Source: Takakia lepidozioides
Taxonomy: Eukaryota; Plantae; Bryophyta
Length of the DNA stretch: 64,000 nt
Assembly: GCA_030704615.1 (NCBI GenBank)
Contig: CM060731.1
Span: 85,064,001-85,128,000 of the forward strand
Direction of reading: 5' to 3'
Shown here: positions 26,301 through 38,697 of the stretch, one piece after another
Position numbering within the stretch: position 1 is the stretch's first letter
Layout of the letters: each line of letters opens with the position of its first letter
The notes under the pieces: model-generated
What the model was told of the DNA's origin: nothing
Database searches by the model: none
Seen by the model: the letters and a program-made list of their open reading frames with translations, nothing else
Position numbers and translations under genes: made by a program

Positions 26301-27213
26301 AGGCATTTCAAAGAGTGCTATGAACCAGCTACACGAGCCATAGGAATCTGTAGCAAGCTGCATTGATTACAGGAAAGTCCAGACACCTATCTTTGCCCAC
26401 CCACCGATACGGCCCAGCTAAGGTTTGGTTCAATCAGCTAACGAGGTCTGCAAATAGGCCATGTAGCCATCAAGACTAGTAGACCAAATGGAGAAAGTTC
26501 AACAAGAGAAAATTTGACGAGTTTCCATGGGTGTTCTGACCAGAAAGTTGGCATTGAAACGCACCCTTGAACTTATAGACTCTAATCATTCCAAGGCTGG
26601 ATATGCTCCACAGCCAAAACTTAATAAAAGTGAACCGAACAGCTTTGTTCTGTATTCACGGATAACTGCTTATTTGCCCGCACATGCTCCCTCTGTTTCT
26701 TCATCCTGTTTGAAAAATAGCATTGTTCCAAGTATATTGCTCAATGCAAAGGATGTCAAGCAAGCAACCATATGTCAATTACACACAATGGTACAAGAGG
26801 AAGAGACGTCATACATGAGCGAAGTTCCCCGCTTCTCCTGAAACTCGCAGCTTGGAAGAAGAGAGAACTGCCGTGCCGTGGGGGAAGACGATCGCCCAAA
26901 CCTGTCTGCCAAACCTAATGTGCTAACCGAGCCAAATCGGAGCCACAACGGATGTATATGTGAGCATGTATGGATAAAAGATTATACGTGCAGGATATAC
27001 GATTACTAACGCGGGGTTCAAGATTCCTTGCGCGGGGTTTTAGATTCCTTGCGCAGGGAAGATTCATTGCGTGGGGTTTTGGATTCCTTGCACAAGGAAG
27101 ATTCCTGGCGTGGATAAAGATGCCATAGCCACCGCAGGAGCGTAAGCATAAAAGAGGCAGTTTTGGAATCTGGCCAACGGGAGTGGAAAGCATGGCCTTT
27201 TTGGTATTCCATA
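23315..27213. mobile_element. Non-autonomous long-TIR DNA transposon with 6-bp TSD (IS3EU-like signature)
   Basis: TIRs of ~330-340 bp (23315-23652 and 26886-27213) start TACGGAATACC and end GGTATTCCATA. The TSD CATGTG is at 23309-23314 and 27214-27219. No transposase was recognised inside. Confidence 0.85.
25051..25857. mobile_element. hAT-type MITE nested in the long-TIR element
   Basis: TIRs CAATGTTGGGCAGTTATTTA / TAAATAACCGCCCAATACTG, 8-bp TSD GTGTCCAC (25043-25050 and 25858-25865), many subterminal AACCG(G) motifs and an AT-rich interior. Confidence 0.88.
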
Positions 27214-28774
27214 CATGTGGCCTAGGATGGGGATCCTAGGGCTTGAGGTCCCACAGTCTGAGGCTGAGGTCACGTGGCTTGAGGTCTACGGCGTGAAGTT
27301 TTTTTATGACTGCCCATCCCTCATATTTTTCAAATAAGATATACGTATTTTGAAAATATATAGAAAATACATTATACGTCTTGAGATTGAGCCTCAAGCC
27401 AAGGACATTAGCTCGAGCCACATTGCATCTCAAAGCCTACAGATGCTTTACCTATGTTTCTGGAACATTCCATTCAAGTCCCAAGGCCTGCGGGCCCCAA
27501 CCATGATGGCTGTTTTGGGATTCCATACCCGGGGTCTAGGCCATGGACCAAGCAAGGTCTGGGCCTGGGACTGGATGTCCTGCACCCCCGCCCATATAGG
27601 GAACTCATTGGGAACAAATTTCGCCCGCTGCCCGTCCTTTCCTATTGTCCTGGGGTTGCAGTGGCCCAGGCTTAGAAAGCCCGGGAAAGATTCGCTAGCC
27701 CTGGGTAAATATTCCCTGGACCCAGGGAAAGATTCTTTACCCTGGGATATGAAGACACCCGAGAAAAATTCCAGATGAATATTCTTTGACGTCTTTAACC
27801 CTGGGTCTACATAATGCAGTTTTCATCCGTCGACCATGTATTCTACATCGCGTATTTTCTAGGTGTTTTGCGTACGAGAGTTTGTTTGTTCACCAGGCAG
27901 GGCACTTCCTCTCTCGCCAAACAACAAAGGCGTCGTTTTTATGAAGCATCTGTTTTCCTTCATGTTTGTTGAATCTCGTAAAATGTTTCTTACGAAATGA
28001 GGACAGACTCTCTTGAGGACTCCAAAGATACTTGCAAAATACCCCCAAGCAGTTCGGCAGAGGTCAAGGAGATAGGTGGAGGAAAAAACTCAAACATTAA
28101 AGCTGTTGCTGGAAATGTTTCTGTGGAAAAGGGGAAAGCAACGGCAACAGGAGATAGTCGCAAGATCCCTCCAACTTTGGGGAATGCAGAATGGAGGGCA
28201 GAGGTCAAGGAGGTAGGTGCAAAGAAAAGCTCCAGCATTTCAGGGGCAGCTGCAATAGGTGCTGGTGGAAATGTCGCCGCAGGAAGGGAAAATGGCGGCA
28301 AGTGGAGGGGGTTCTTTGGCAAGTCTGTGGGGACGAGCATCCAACAAACCCAAGCCCTCTCCTCCAAAGGCTTCGGAATCAAAAGCTGCTGACTTTGATA
28401 ATCCTATATGTGAGAAGAAGAAGCCTCGAGCGGTTGAGGCTTTCTACGGCGGAGATTCTTCACCATATGACAGAGATATGACAGAAATTTGTACTGGGAG
28501 GTAGATGAGAAGTTAGAAGACTACCGGACGGCTCGAATCTTAGCACAGTTAGTTCTAATTTGAAGTTCACTGCAATACTCCTCCGTCGGGTTTGATTACT
28601 GGCTGGCTTCTATTCAATTAGAAGCAGGTTACGGTACTTCAAGAGTTCTTCGAATCCTGTCGATTTGTTCAGTCGGCAACAGCTCGACCTGGGCGTATCC
28701 CTCCATTGCATCCTCACGTTCCCCTCCCTCGAGCGAACCCTGCCCGCGCGATGAACCGGGCATTCTACAAAAAA

Positions 28775-29015
28775 ACTTGGAACGTATGGAATTCCCGTAT
28801 AAACTTACTCGATATTCATATAAATACTTAGTATAAAGTATGGTCACTCAAGACCGCGGTCCTCCAACGGGTAACCAGTGGTAGCCGGCATCTTTCCAGT
28901 GGCAACCGGCGTCTTTCCAGCGGTCATGGACATCTATCCAGCGGTCATGGGCATCTTTCCAGAGGTCATGGGTGCATAACTGAAAGAGAAAGCATGGCCC
29001 TTTTGGCATTCCATA
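28775..29015. repeat. Short dispersed element with a TATGGAAT...ATTCCATA inverted motif and ~21-bp internal repeats
   Basis: Homologous to 38468-38697. Its right end GAAAGCATGGCCCTTTTGGCATTCCATA matches the TIR end at 27186-27213. Confidence 0.7.
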
Positions 29016-32000
29016 ACTGGGCACGTGGCAGGACGGATATGCAGTGCTGGCGGCCAGCGGCGGCGATGGCCAGCGGCGGGTGTGTGGGATTGCCCTGCAT
29101 GGCCGCCCGCCACGATGATGAAAGCCACCTGGGGGCAGCGCAGGGTGGCGGGGGACTTGGGTGTTTCACGCGCAATTTGCTGGAGCTCTCCACTCTCTTG
29201 CGTTTTCCTGCAGCTCGACGACGAGCTTCGCTTGCCCTCCTTTTCCCTGCATGGTGACCTCGTGTGCTGCTTCTGGCGATTTGGGGGACCGTCTCTCTTA
29301 CCCGGTTTTCCTTTGCTTGCGCAGCTGTTCACCACCTATGGCAATATGTCTGCGCCGTTTAGGGTGTTTAGTCCTCATTGCTTTGGGGCCAAGGATATAA
29401 GTGTCTTGTGCTTGTGTCGTGAATGCTTCGAGGTTTAATTTTTCCTGCGAGTGATAAAGTTGGGGATTTGGGGGGGATTAGTGGGGGGCGCAATTGATGG
29501 CTCGAAAGCACAAAGGCGTTGATGTTCTTCAGCCACCACCTTTCTCCGCAGGAGCATAAGAACGCAGTTGGGATAATCTCAACTTGGGCTTTGGAGGAGC
29601 AGCACTACACATCCGCACAACCGGCAGAGATCCTTGGTTGCTTGAGTGTAGATTACTTGTTGAGTTTACCTCTGCCAACTCCTCGTGCGCACCGCTTGCC
29701 AACGAATCGTACCTTGTTGGTAAGTCATCATTGATACCAATCCGATGTGGGAGGGCGAAGCTCCGCTCTCCCGCTCAACTCTCTGCTAACTTTTCCGCTA
29801 AACTGTTATTTCTAGGGTTCTGCTATTTTATTTCCCCATTCTCGTGTTGATTTTCACCCTATTTAGCAATGCCCCTTGTTTAATGCCCACTAGCGTGTGT
29901 AGCTCTGGCCGCCGCCATGGCCCAACTCAAAGCTTCTTTTGATGCTGCGCTCTAGATGTTGTCCTCTAGATGCTATCCTCAACCCCTTCCCATTCCCTTA
30001 TGTTGACCCTCATCTCTCCTAGGCGCTTCTTGCAAACCATTTCTTTTAAATTTTTAGGACGATTTTGAATGTTGTACTAGTTCTTTTTGGTAATTATCTT
30101 AAGCCTTTGTTGTTTGCTTGCTCATGTGCGACTTCACTTGCGGACAACATCTCAGGCTCGACGACCTTGGCCGCGCAGGCGATTTTGGTGTTTTTTCAGT
30201 TCAACCGAACGAAAATCATGCAAGGAAGTCTCAAAACATGTTGCTGCTCCTGCTATTACTGGGGTTCACCAGTCAGATGCATGCAGGATCGTCCCCCATT
30301 CCAGTGGAGGCTAAGGCCGTTTCCTTGGAGTTCTCACAGAGTATCAGCCCGACATGGCTACGCACGGCTGATCCCCTCGTCCTGCTGTTATGCGCTCAAT
30401 GGTACCCACAATGCAAAGTTTCGGTGCAACTGAAGGATTCGTGCCAACAATCTCTCACCAACAGGATTATTCAAGGCCAAGCCATCAGCTCTGCAACTCC
30501 TGATGACAACCTACACCTCAACCCTATCAAAGTGATGTCGCAGATGGAGCCATTTGCAAATTACGAGTATACCGCAGGAACTCCCACACCTGGAATATGC
30601 AACGTGCACTTGTTCCAAGGGTTCTTCAAAGTCTGAGATCTACCGATGGCCCAAGTTTTGCGATTTTTGTGTCATGGTCCCTCTTGATTTCGGGGCATCT
30701 TGTGTTGCAAACCCTCTGTGGTGAAAATTCTTGGGCCCTGTTTTTATTTTTGTCTTTTTGTTTCAGAGAGTGAGAGTATGACGCCTCCATTTTTGTTTCA
30801 CTTAAGCCTTAAGGCCTTGGCTTGTTTTGTGGCTAAATCCCTAGATGAAGTGCGTAACGGATTTTCGTGGGTGAAGTACATGGGTTCTCAGCTTGGAGTG
30901 TTGAATCCCGTGGATGAATGGGTGCACCCGTTCTGTGCAATGTTCATCCGGGCTAGTTTGTCTGTATGTTTCTGCAGCAGCGATCTTTGATGAGCACGAT
31001 AGGACTCGGATACTACATAGCCGGTGGCTGCATAGAACAATGGGTACTTTTTTCTTCTCGTGTCGTCGTTTTGGTTTTGGAGAGAGAGATGAGTGGGAGT
31101 TAGGATGATGGAATGAAAGGATGAGATGATGTGAGGGCTGGAGCATTGAGAGGGAAGATGACTTGATTCTGGAGTACAGTACTCTGGTTGTAGGAATTGT
31201 GGAACCCTGCTGTTGTAACCCAAACTGTCATATGGCAGTGTGCATGGACACTATGGTTTGAGCTGGTAATTGATATGCACCTAGGCATTTTAGTGTTCAG
31301 AGTCAGCTTTCTCATCCTAGATATGTATTAGGAAGGCATATCATATCCAACCATCACAGGCAAGAATCAATGACCTGAAAAGCACAGACGCCCCTTACAG
31401 CAAAGCTGCAATTCGAGACTATTTTTCATCCCCCCGAAGATAGAATCCTCCAGGCCAACTATTTGTTTGCACTACTCCATCTCTTGTTCTAGCAGATTCG
31501 GGAAGGTTCAGAATGATGGGCTAGAACATCTGCGGTGAGAGGGAAAGCTCCCTCAACGGCTTTCCCCCAAGCTCCCGTGCCCTGAACCTTCCCTGCGTGC
31601 TTAACCCTTCGTTCTCGTCCTATGCCTTGTCCTTAAGCATCATCGCAAGTACATCACGATTCAATAGAATCCATCATCCATCCTTCCAGCTTCACAAACC
31701 TGTTAAGGTTCTTAACGAACATCCTCCCTTCATCCCTTTCGTTTGTTCGGCAACCTCTCCTTCAGATGGATACTCATCAGCTTCCTTAATGCACAGCCGC
31801 CTTCCCTATGATCCTTTCCCTAATCACCTTCAATATTTCCATCCCTCAGCCAATAGCCTCTCAACTCCTTTCATCGGAAGTGTAATCCCCGACAGGCTCT
31901 GGTTTCATCAGCCATGCAGCCGCCACTAATCCTAAATTCCCACCACCCTTAAGCCTCCCTCCCCCGCCACTCTGGTCCCCCCTCTCCTGTGCTTCCTGAG

Positions 32001-32454
32001 ATCGCTCGCTCTCTCTTTCAGCTCACGCTTGGTTCATCCGCTAGCTGCACATCCAGCTATCCTCCCACTCTAATCTGGCAGGCCAATTGCACGTCTCCAA
32101 TACTGCTTCTATTTCTAAAACCATCATCTCCCACCTTTCTATCACGCTCGCTGTCCAGTAATTTTCCTTCGTCCTTCCTTCATAGGTCCATTCTCAACAG
32201 GGCTTTCGGCTTCGCTCCATCTCGGTCAGGTCCCAGCAGATTAGGCGAGCCCAAGCGGCTCCAGCCTTCCATAAGCACGGGGTTCTTCATGACCCACCAA
32301 GCCTGGTCCAAAGGTTTGATCCACCATGACCACTCCACTTCTGCATTCAGGCGTGTTCCCTCCCTAGCAGATTCCCTAGTGTCCCCTGACCTGGTTGCGG
32401 TCAATGTCAGCTCTCCAATTCCCCAGGACTCTTTGCCTCTATGACCGCTCCGAA

Positions 32455-33663
32455 TTTGCTCAGAAACAACATTCCCAAAATGAGATCCACTCCATCGATC
32501 TCACAAATAGTGAAGTTTTCACGCCCCTCCTAACTCCCCAGCTGAAAAAGGGACATCGAATGTCACCCTCGTCGCTAGTTGTGTGGTTCTCCTTTGGCAG
32601 AACGCACTTCAATAGAGGCCCCCACGTCACTCGTCGGGAGTCCCATCTTCCGTGTCGTTGCCGATGTCATGAAGGAGTGCGATGCTCCTGTGTCCACCAA
32701 CAACGACACGTTAGTTTTGGAAATTACCCGCTCATGAACATCAGTTGACTTCCTTTATGTAAAGCTCTTGTCTCCTAATATAACTCACAAGAGTAGTTGC
32801 TTACCTTGCCAATCTTGGCGACCACCGCTTCCATCAAGCGGCTGATGGAGTCTTTGGACAGCTCTTGCCCGGGTCATATTCAACTGTCGGGGCTTCAGGC
32901 TTCTTGGCCATGTGCCCGGGCTCCCCGCACTTAAGCACATCCCATCAAATGTCGCCTTCTGTCCGCCATAAGCCACCGCACCTAATAGAACTTTCGGAGC
33001 ACCGGGTGTCGCCTTGACGTGTGAAGGCCCTCCCTTTGATTTCCATATGCCATTTGTCGCCGCGTGGCCTATCCTACTTCTTTTCCGGTTGGAAGGAATT
33101 ACCCTCCCATCGGATCTTCTTGTGGTACAGCTCCGTACGGCCTTGTCTTTCGCCTCTAGGGACATCCAAGAAGCATTCAGCCCTTTCAATTGCCTCGTTC
33201 AAAGTCTTTGGTGGCCTCTCCTCCAACTTCCGCCTGGCCCATGGGGCCAGTCCCGCCACAAAGTTGAAGACCATTTCTGGTTCCGCCATATCCGCAACTT
33301 CGAGCAATAGTACATTGAAAGCCTGAACATATCCGCGACTTTGAGCAATAGTACATTGAAAGCCTGAACACATCCGCGGATGTCGTCCATTTGCTTCAAG
33401 TTCCTCATCTTGTCCCGGACGAGCCAGGACGTGTTGAGGGGCACAAACTGCTTTTTCATTAGGTCCTTGAATCCACTCTAGCTCAAGGTCTCTCGGTTTG
33501 GCCCTTGGTCACCACCACCCCTCGTGGAGCCCCCCCCCCACCGCAACCCGGTTTGCGGGGCTCCACCTAGTGAGCGCCTCCGCCTCCTTGAGTGCCTTCG
33601 GCACTCAAGGGTGCTTCAGCCCCCTTCCCTATTTGCTGCTACCGCCCCCACCACAGGGGCAGC
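32455..33663 (-). pseudogene. Older family-A fragment: partial LTR (~33508-33663) fused by deletion to gag-protease
   Basis: Minus-strand ORFs contain [24 protein letters not shown]. There is a small tandem duplication at ~33302-33378. Confidence 0.88.
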
Positions 33664-33899
33664 TGGATCTAAAGTGGCTTGCATGGCAATTCATGCCACT
33701 TCTTTTCAAAAATGCAAATCGAAAATATGCAAACACTGCAAGAATCGTCGATTTAACGACTGGCAAAACGACTGCAAAGTGAGTCGTTGCAGACAAAAAA
33801 AGACTGGGCAACTCGGAGTGCCAACAAACTAGTCTCTTTGGACAGCCCAGTCGTTTCACTCATGATGTGGTCGGAGTGGTTTCGGTCAGTCGTTCCGCC

Positions 33900-34622
33900 G
33901 GCTGCGGCTTAATTTGGGGGGCACGTGGCAACGCCGTGCGCGCGTTGACTGAATTTTGGACCTTGACCAAATGGACTTTTGACCCAGGGGGTGCTCTAAG
34001 TACTCAGCCCGCTCAGAACAATTAGTCATGACCTACAACTAGTGTATCATGGGGGTGCTACCTATTTGTATTCCTTCTCGCATTCATATTAGCAATTTAC
34101 CTTACTGTCTATGATTAAGTATCAGATTGCTTTTGCAATCTACCATGTTCCAACTACTCAAGCATTCATTCCACAGCTTCACTCATATCTCTCTACACTG
34201 TGTGAATATGAAATAGGAATCATATTAATATCTATCATGTATCAGGCCGAAGTCATGGTGTCTCTAATCTGCTCTACAGTGCATCTCTACAGCTAAGCAT
34301 CATCTCGTCGTATCTCCTCCTCTGTGTAATCTCCATCCCTGTGCTCTAAGATCGTGCTTTCCGCCTGAGCCCTTGTCGGGTTGTGACTGTGCCGAGCTGT
34401 GACTGGTTGTGTTGGACTGTGGTTGGCTGTGATAGGCTATGTAAGCTTGTGACTGACTGTGTGAGCCTACCTACCATCCCTAAGGCCTGTGTTTGTCACC
34501 CCTGGCCTCTGTTGGTCTAAGTCTACCATCCGTAAGTCTGCGCAAAATCAAGGGTAACCCACAGAACCCGTAAAACTGTCGAAGTCCCAGACAACCCCCT
34601 AGCATTATCCCCTCCCCCTCTC
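33900..34622 (-). mobile_element. Probable PPT plus LTR of a third LTR-retrotransposon family (left boundary approximate)
   Basis: The minus strand reads GAGGACACGGCTTTTTGAGAGGGGGAGGGGATAA-TGCTAGG, a typical Gypsy PPT followed by TG at 34604. Confidence 0.5.
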
Positions 34623-35354
34623 AAAAAGCCGTGTCCTCATGGTTTACTGCTTAGGATCAGCAAACCTCTGTGAACGAACACCCTTCTGCCGGTGAGAGTC
34701 CCTCGGAGGGCTCTCTGTGTGAGCCCGAGCCATGTCGCTGGCTGGTGGGGATGACTGTCGACTAGATGGATCTGATTGTCCTGCCTTAGGCTGATATGGA
34801 GGTAACTTTCAGGCATAGGAGATCCCCGTCGTTTCTTCTCCGCCATTTATATCGCATAATCCCCAGCCATGTCAAAATTCCCGTCCACAGAACCAGTAGT
34901 ATCCGAAACATCTTCCCCCCGTTGGCCGTATTGTTTCCTGTCCTTTGGTGGCTTCGCACGAATCCTAACTGGCATACAGTGTATGCCCACCATGTCTGGA
35001 AGCTTATACTCTAAGACTTGTGTCAACCTCTTGCGGGCAAGATTAGTGTATGCCCGTAGCTCATCATCTGTATAGCTGAATAGTGTACCAATGACTTTGG
35101 AGAAGTGTGCCTAGCTTCATGCCCCTTGGGAAAAATGTGGTCAAGAGTGACCTCCCCAAGCGAGCTACATGGGATGTCGCCTGGGACGAAGATGAAGGGG
35201 ACTTCAACTGGAGGCACAAGAGGGCTCGTGTGACCAAGTTCAGAACCCAATTGCGCTTTTAAATGCCTTCCCTTTAGTGGTCTCGCCTTCTTTTATGATT
35301 CCATACGCTCTTATGGCTTGTAGACCTTGTTATTGGATCATCTCTTGGAGCTCT

Positions 35355-35710
35355 ACCCCTGTGTGGCCCATTTTGAAGGAAAAAAACAACCGGAAAAGGG
35401 GGCACAAACAGTGTGCGTTGCCGCACACTGTTTGGTGCTTCCAACTACGGGTGTTTTGAACTTGGCACACTGGCCCTGTGTGGCACATTTAGAAATCAAA
35501 CATGGCCCATTTTGAAATAAAAAAACAGGCACAGACCGGGCCACAAACAGTGTGCTTTGAAGCACACTGTTTGGGGCTTCCAATTAGGGGTATTCTGAGC
35601 ATGGCATACTGGCCCTGTGTGGCCCATTTTGAAGTAAAAAAACAACCGGAAAGGGGGGCACAAACAGTGTGCGTTGCCGCACACTGTTTGGTGCTTCCAA
35701 CTACGGGTGT
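35355..35710. repeat. Three ~117-139-bp tandem units, each with a 30-nt hairpin
   Basis: CAAACAGTGTGC-N6-GCACACTGTTTG at 35405-35434, 35544-35573 and 35661-35690. Confidence 0.9.
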
Positions 35711-36894
35711 GGGGCCTCTGGTTTCTTTCATTTTGGCTCTGCAGCTTAGTTATGTTTCCTAGTTGCTGCTTACCAGCAATTTCCTTGCGGCTTCTTCCTT
35801 GTTTCATCTCTTTCTGCCTTGGCAGTCTTACCTCTCTATCTGCTTTTGTTTGTTCTTTTAATAGAGCTAGTATGCTATGGCTTTAGGGAAGTTTCCCCCT
35901 AGTTAGCTTTACGGCCTCCCTGGTGGTTATTTTTTCCACCTTATGTGAACCTTTATTAATTATTAACTTGATTAAAAGGGCCTCTGTCCCCTTTCCTTAA
36001 AACAAAAAACAAAAAAAACGCTCATCGTGACACGTGTCAATTTCCCGTGGGACCACGTGTGAAAAATGTGGCGTGCCACGTGCTGCAACCGGATTGCCTC
36101 GCCTGTAGTCATAGTTCACAGTCATGGAAAGTGCGCACTATGCCACGTGTCATTTTTTCTATCAAGCACGTGTCTCTCTTACACAGCGGCCAAGAAGTTT
36201 ACTTGGTTGCATGCTTGAAATCTGATTAATTGCAGGTTGGTCCTTCAAGGTACTTGTATGAACATATCCTGAATCTGTAGTAGGACAGGTTGTTCTTACC
36301 TACCCAAGGAGCCTTGCATGATGCATGTCTTGGATTACTTACCAATGGTAAAGAGTGAGGCTGCATTATATTTTGTCATGCCCATGAAGATTAACTGGTT
36401 GCATGATTGGAATATGATAAACTACATGATGGTCCATCAAGATGCTTGTGTATACATATCTTGGATCTGTAATGTGACAAGTTGTTCTTACATGCCCATG
36501 ATATCTTGCATGATGCATATCTTGTGGATAATTATGGATGATATAATCTGAGGCTGCAATTTAACTTGTATTGTGCAAGAGGGTCACTTGGGTACATGTC
36601 AGGAATCTGAACATGAATAAACCCCGCCCTCCCACCATGTTCTATCATGACTGAATGGGTGTTGTCACTTGGTATGCTATGACAAGACTGGAAGTGTTAG
36701 ATGGTGCCCTGTCATGGGCTGTTTATGTCTTTAATTGACAATGACCCTAGTGGGTCTTGTCCATGTCTTGACATGACATGAATATCTTCCCACTCTTCCT
36801 TTTCTAGTGTACTTAGTGGTGTTTGTACACACTATCTACCGTCTTCCTTTCTGTTTATTGCCTCACCATTGTAACATACTGACATGTTGTTTGG

Positions 36895-37674
36895 ATGGCC
36901 CGGCAGAAAGCCAACAAGGCCACGTCTGAATGGAAGGATGAGCTTAAGGCCCTTGGATATCAGCTGCCCCTGCCCCCTCCTATTCCAGTAGTGCAAGCTA
37001 CATTTGCACAAATCAAATCAGGTGATTTTCATGCTGCCATACAAAGGCTGGAATCTGAAGCTATTGAAGACGTCAGTGATAACCGACCTGTCTTATTGCT
37101 TGAAACATTAGCTTTGGAGGATTGGGTTGCTCTTGGCATTACGGTAAACAAGAATGGGAAGTGGCTGGAAAAACTCCAGAAATACCACTCTAGGTTGTTG
37201 GAAGTATTGGAGGATGATGCTACTGAGATTGCTACTTGGGAAAAGAAGGGCTCCTCAATTGAGGATGCCCTTTGGCTGGCTAACAATGAAGATGTCTTAC
37301 CTGTGTCCACCCAGAAGTCCTCAACCACTGTTGAAAAGGAATTTATACCCATAGTGAGCAATCACCCAATTTTGGGTTGTATGGACGTACCGGATGAAGA
37401 AAAGGAAGCTGTAAAAGACTTTTTTGATCAGGTCGTTCTTTCTCAAGTGGAACAGGATCGGGCTGCAGGGGCTACACCAGGTAACGAGCAATTCGTTCCT
37501 TGGTTACCCCCTAGGGCAGTTGAGCTTGAAGTTGCCAATAATGACCATATGATGTGGCATCCATTGGCCAACATCAATCTGCTGGCCCCTATTTCGGTTG
37601 ATATGTGGGTCAAATGGGGCAACATAATACCAACCGAACGAAACAGATGTGCACAAGATGCCAAAGATAGCTAA
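36895..37674 (+). CDS. 'ORF-X' hypothetical protein, N-terminal 259 aa (3'-truncated), probably retroelement-associated
   Basis: ATG-initiated ORF. Its second half is clearly homologous to 48454-49065(-): VEQDRAAG.TPGN.QFVPW.PPR.VEL.VANN.HMMWHP..NINLLAPIS..MW.KWGNI. Confidence 0.6.
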   Translation: MARQKANKATSEWKDELKALGYQLPLPPPIPVVQATFAQIKSGDFHAAIQRLESEAIEDVSDNRPVLLLETLALEDWVALGITVNKNGKWLEKLQKYHSRLLEVLEDDATEIATWEKKGSSIEDALWLANNEDVLPVSTQKSSTTVEKEFIPIVSNHPILGCMDVPDEEKEAVKDFFDQVVLSQVEQDRAAGATPGNEQFVPWLPPRAVELEVANNDHMMWHPLANINLLAPISVDMWVKWGNIIPTERNRCAQDAKDS

Positions 37675-38467
37675 ACATACAGTTTCTGTATAGGGAGTGA
37701 CAACTCTTCATAGCTTTGACAAATGGTTCCAAGTCTAGGAGGTACGATGCAGGCTCAAAACTGCTCGTGAGATTGGCAGAGACTACAGAACATATTACTT
37801 GGTATTTGAAAATGCAGATGGAATATAATATATCAGTAGGGTACCGGCATTCGAGTTGGGCAAAGAGCGCTCGTAGTACGAGGTGATTTGCACTTGTAAG
37901 CAAACCTTCCAGCCAATTTGAACACTCTTTGTCTCTAATTACCCTTAGATGCTTAGGTTTGCAGGTAAAATTGTCGGAAAGAGCATTGGAGAAGACGAGA
38001 GCTTGTAAAGCCTCGGGAACAATGTAACTGGGAAAGACGGCCCCTTGCGGGCCCGCAAGTCTTCCGGGTTACCATGATTCCTGACGTCCCTTGTGATGCT
38101 CCCCTTAACACTACTCAAATTTACGTTGAGGTCCCAACAATGCATTGAAATCACACATTCCCTGTCCCACCTCGCCTAGTCCGTGTTTGATTCCTGCTTT
38201 TCTCTTACCTTCACAAAACCTGCTTAGGGAATGAAAACCTGCAATCTGACTCCCTCTCTCTCTCTTGTCAAATCTTCAAATGCTAACAAAGAGACAATTC
38301 CTAATGAAAAAATTTGGATTCTCTTTCAATAACCTCGATTCGGAACATGCAAATAGCTCTATGCGTTGACACATAGATCTCGAATATAATCACAGTCTTC
38401 GTCGCACAAGCTTTAAATAGTGGAGGTGCACTCTTTCAACCCTGCTCTCTTCAACTTGATATCCCCC

Positions 38468-38697
38468 ACTTGGAACGTATGAAATTCCCATATAAATTAC
38501 TCGGTATTCGTATAAATACTTTGTAAAAGTACGGTCACGCAAGACCGCCGTCCTCCCCACACTAACCAGTGGCAACCAGCATCTTTCCATTGGACATGGG
38601 AATATTCCCAGTGGACATGGGCATATTCCTAGTGGTCATGGGCATCTTTTCAGTGGTCATGGGTTGCTAGAAAGTATGGCCCTTTCGGCATTCCATA
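38468..38697. repeat. Second copy of the short TATGGAAT-ended element
   Basis: Colinear with 28775-29015, from ACTTGGAACGTAT to CATTCCATA. Confidence 0.7.

Noticed and set aside
27997-28504. 131-aa Gly/Lys/Ala-rich ORF with an internal repeat
   Set aside because: Low complexity, with no recognisable domain or supported exon structure.
29500-32450. Several 100-170-aa ORFs and a purine-skewed stretch resembling decayed LINE sequence
   Set aside because: No diagnostic motifs could be identified.
32568-32580. TCGTCGCTAG as the 3' end of the second Helentron-like unit
   Set aside because: It lies inside a degenerate Gypsy protease fragment and lacks the following stem-loop, so it is probably a chance match.
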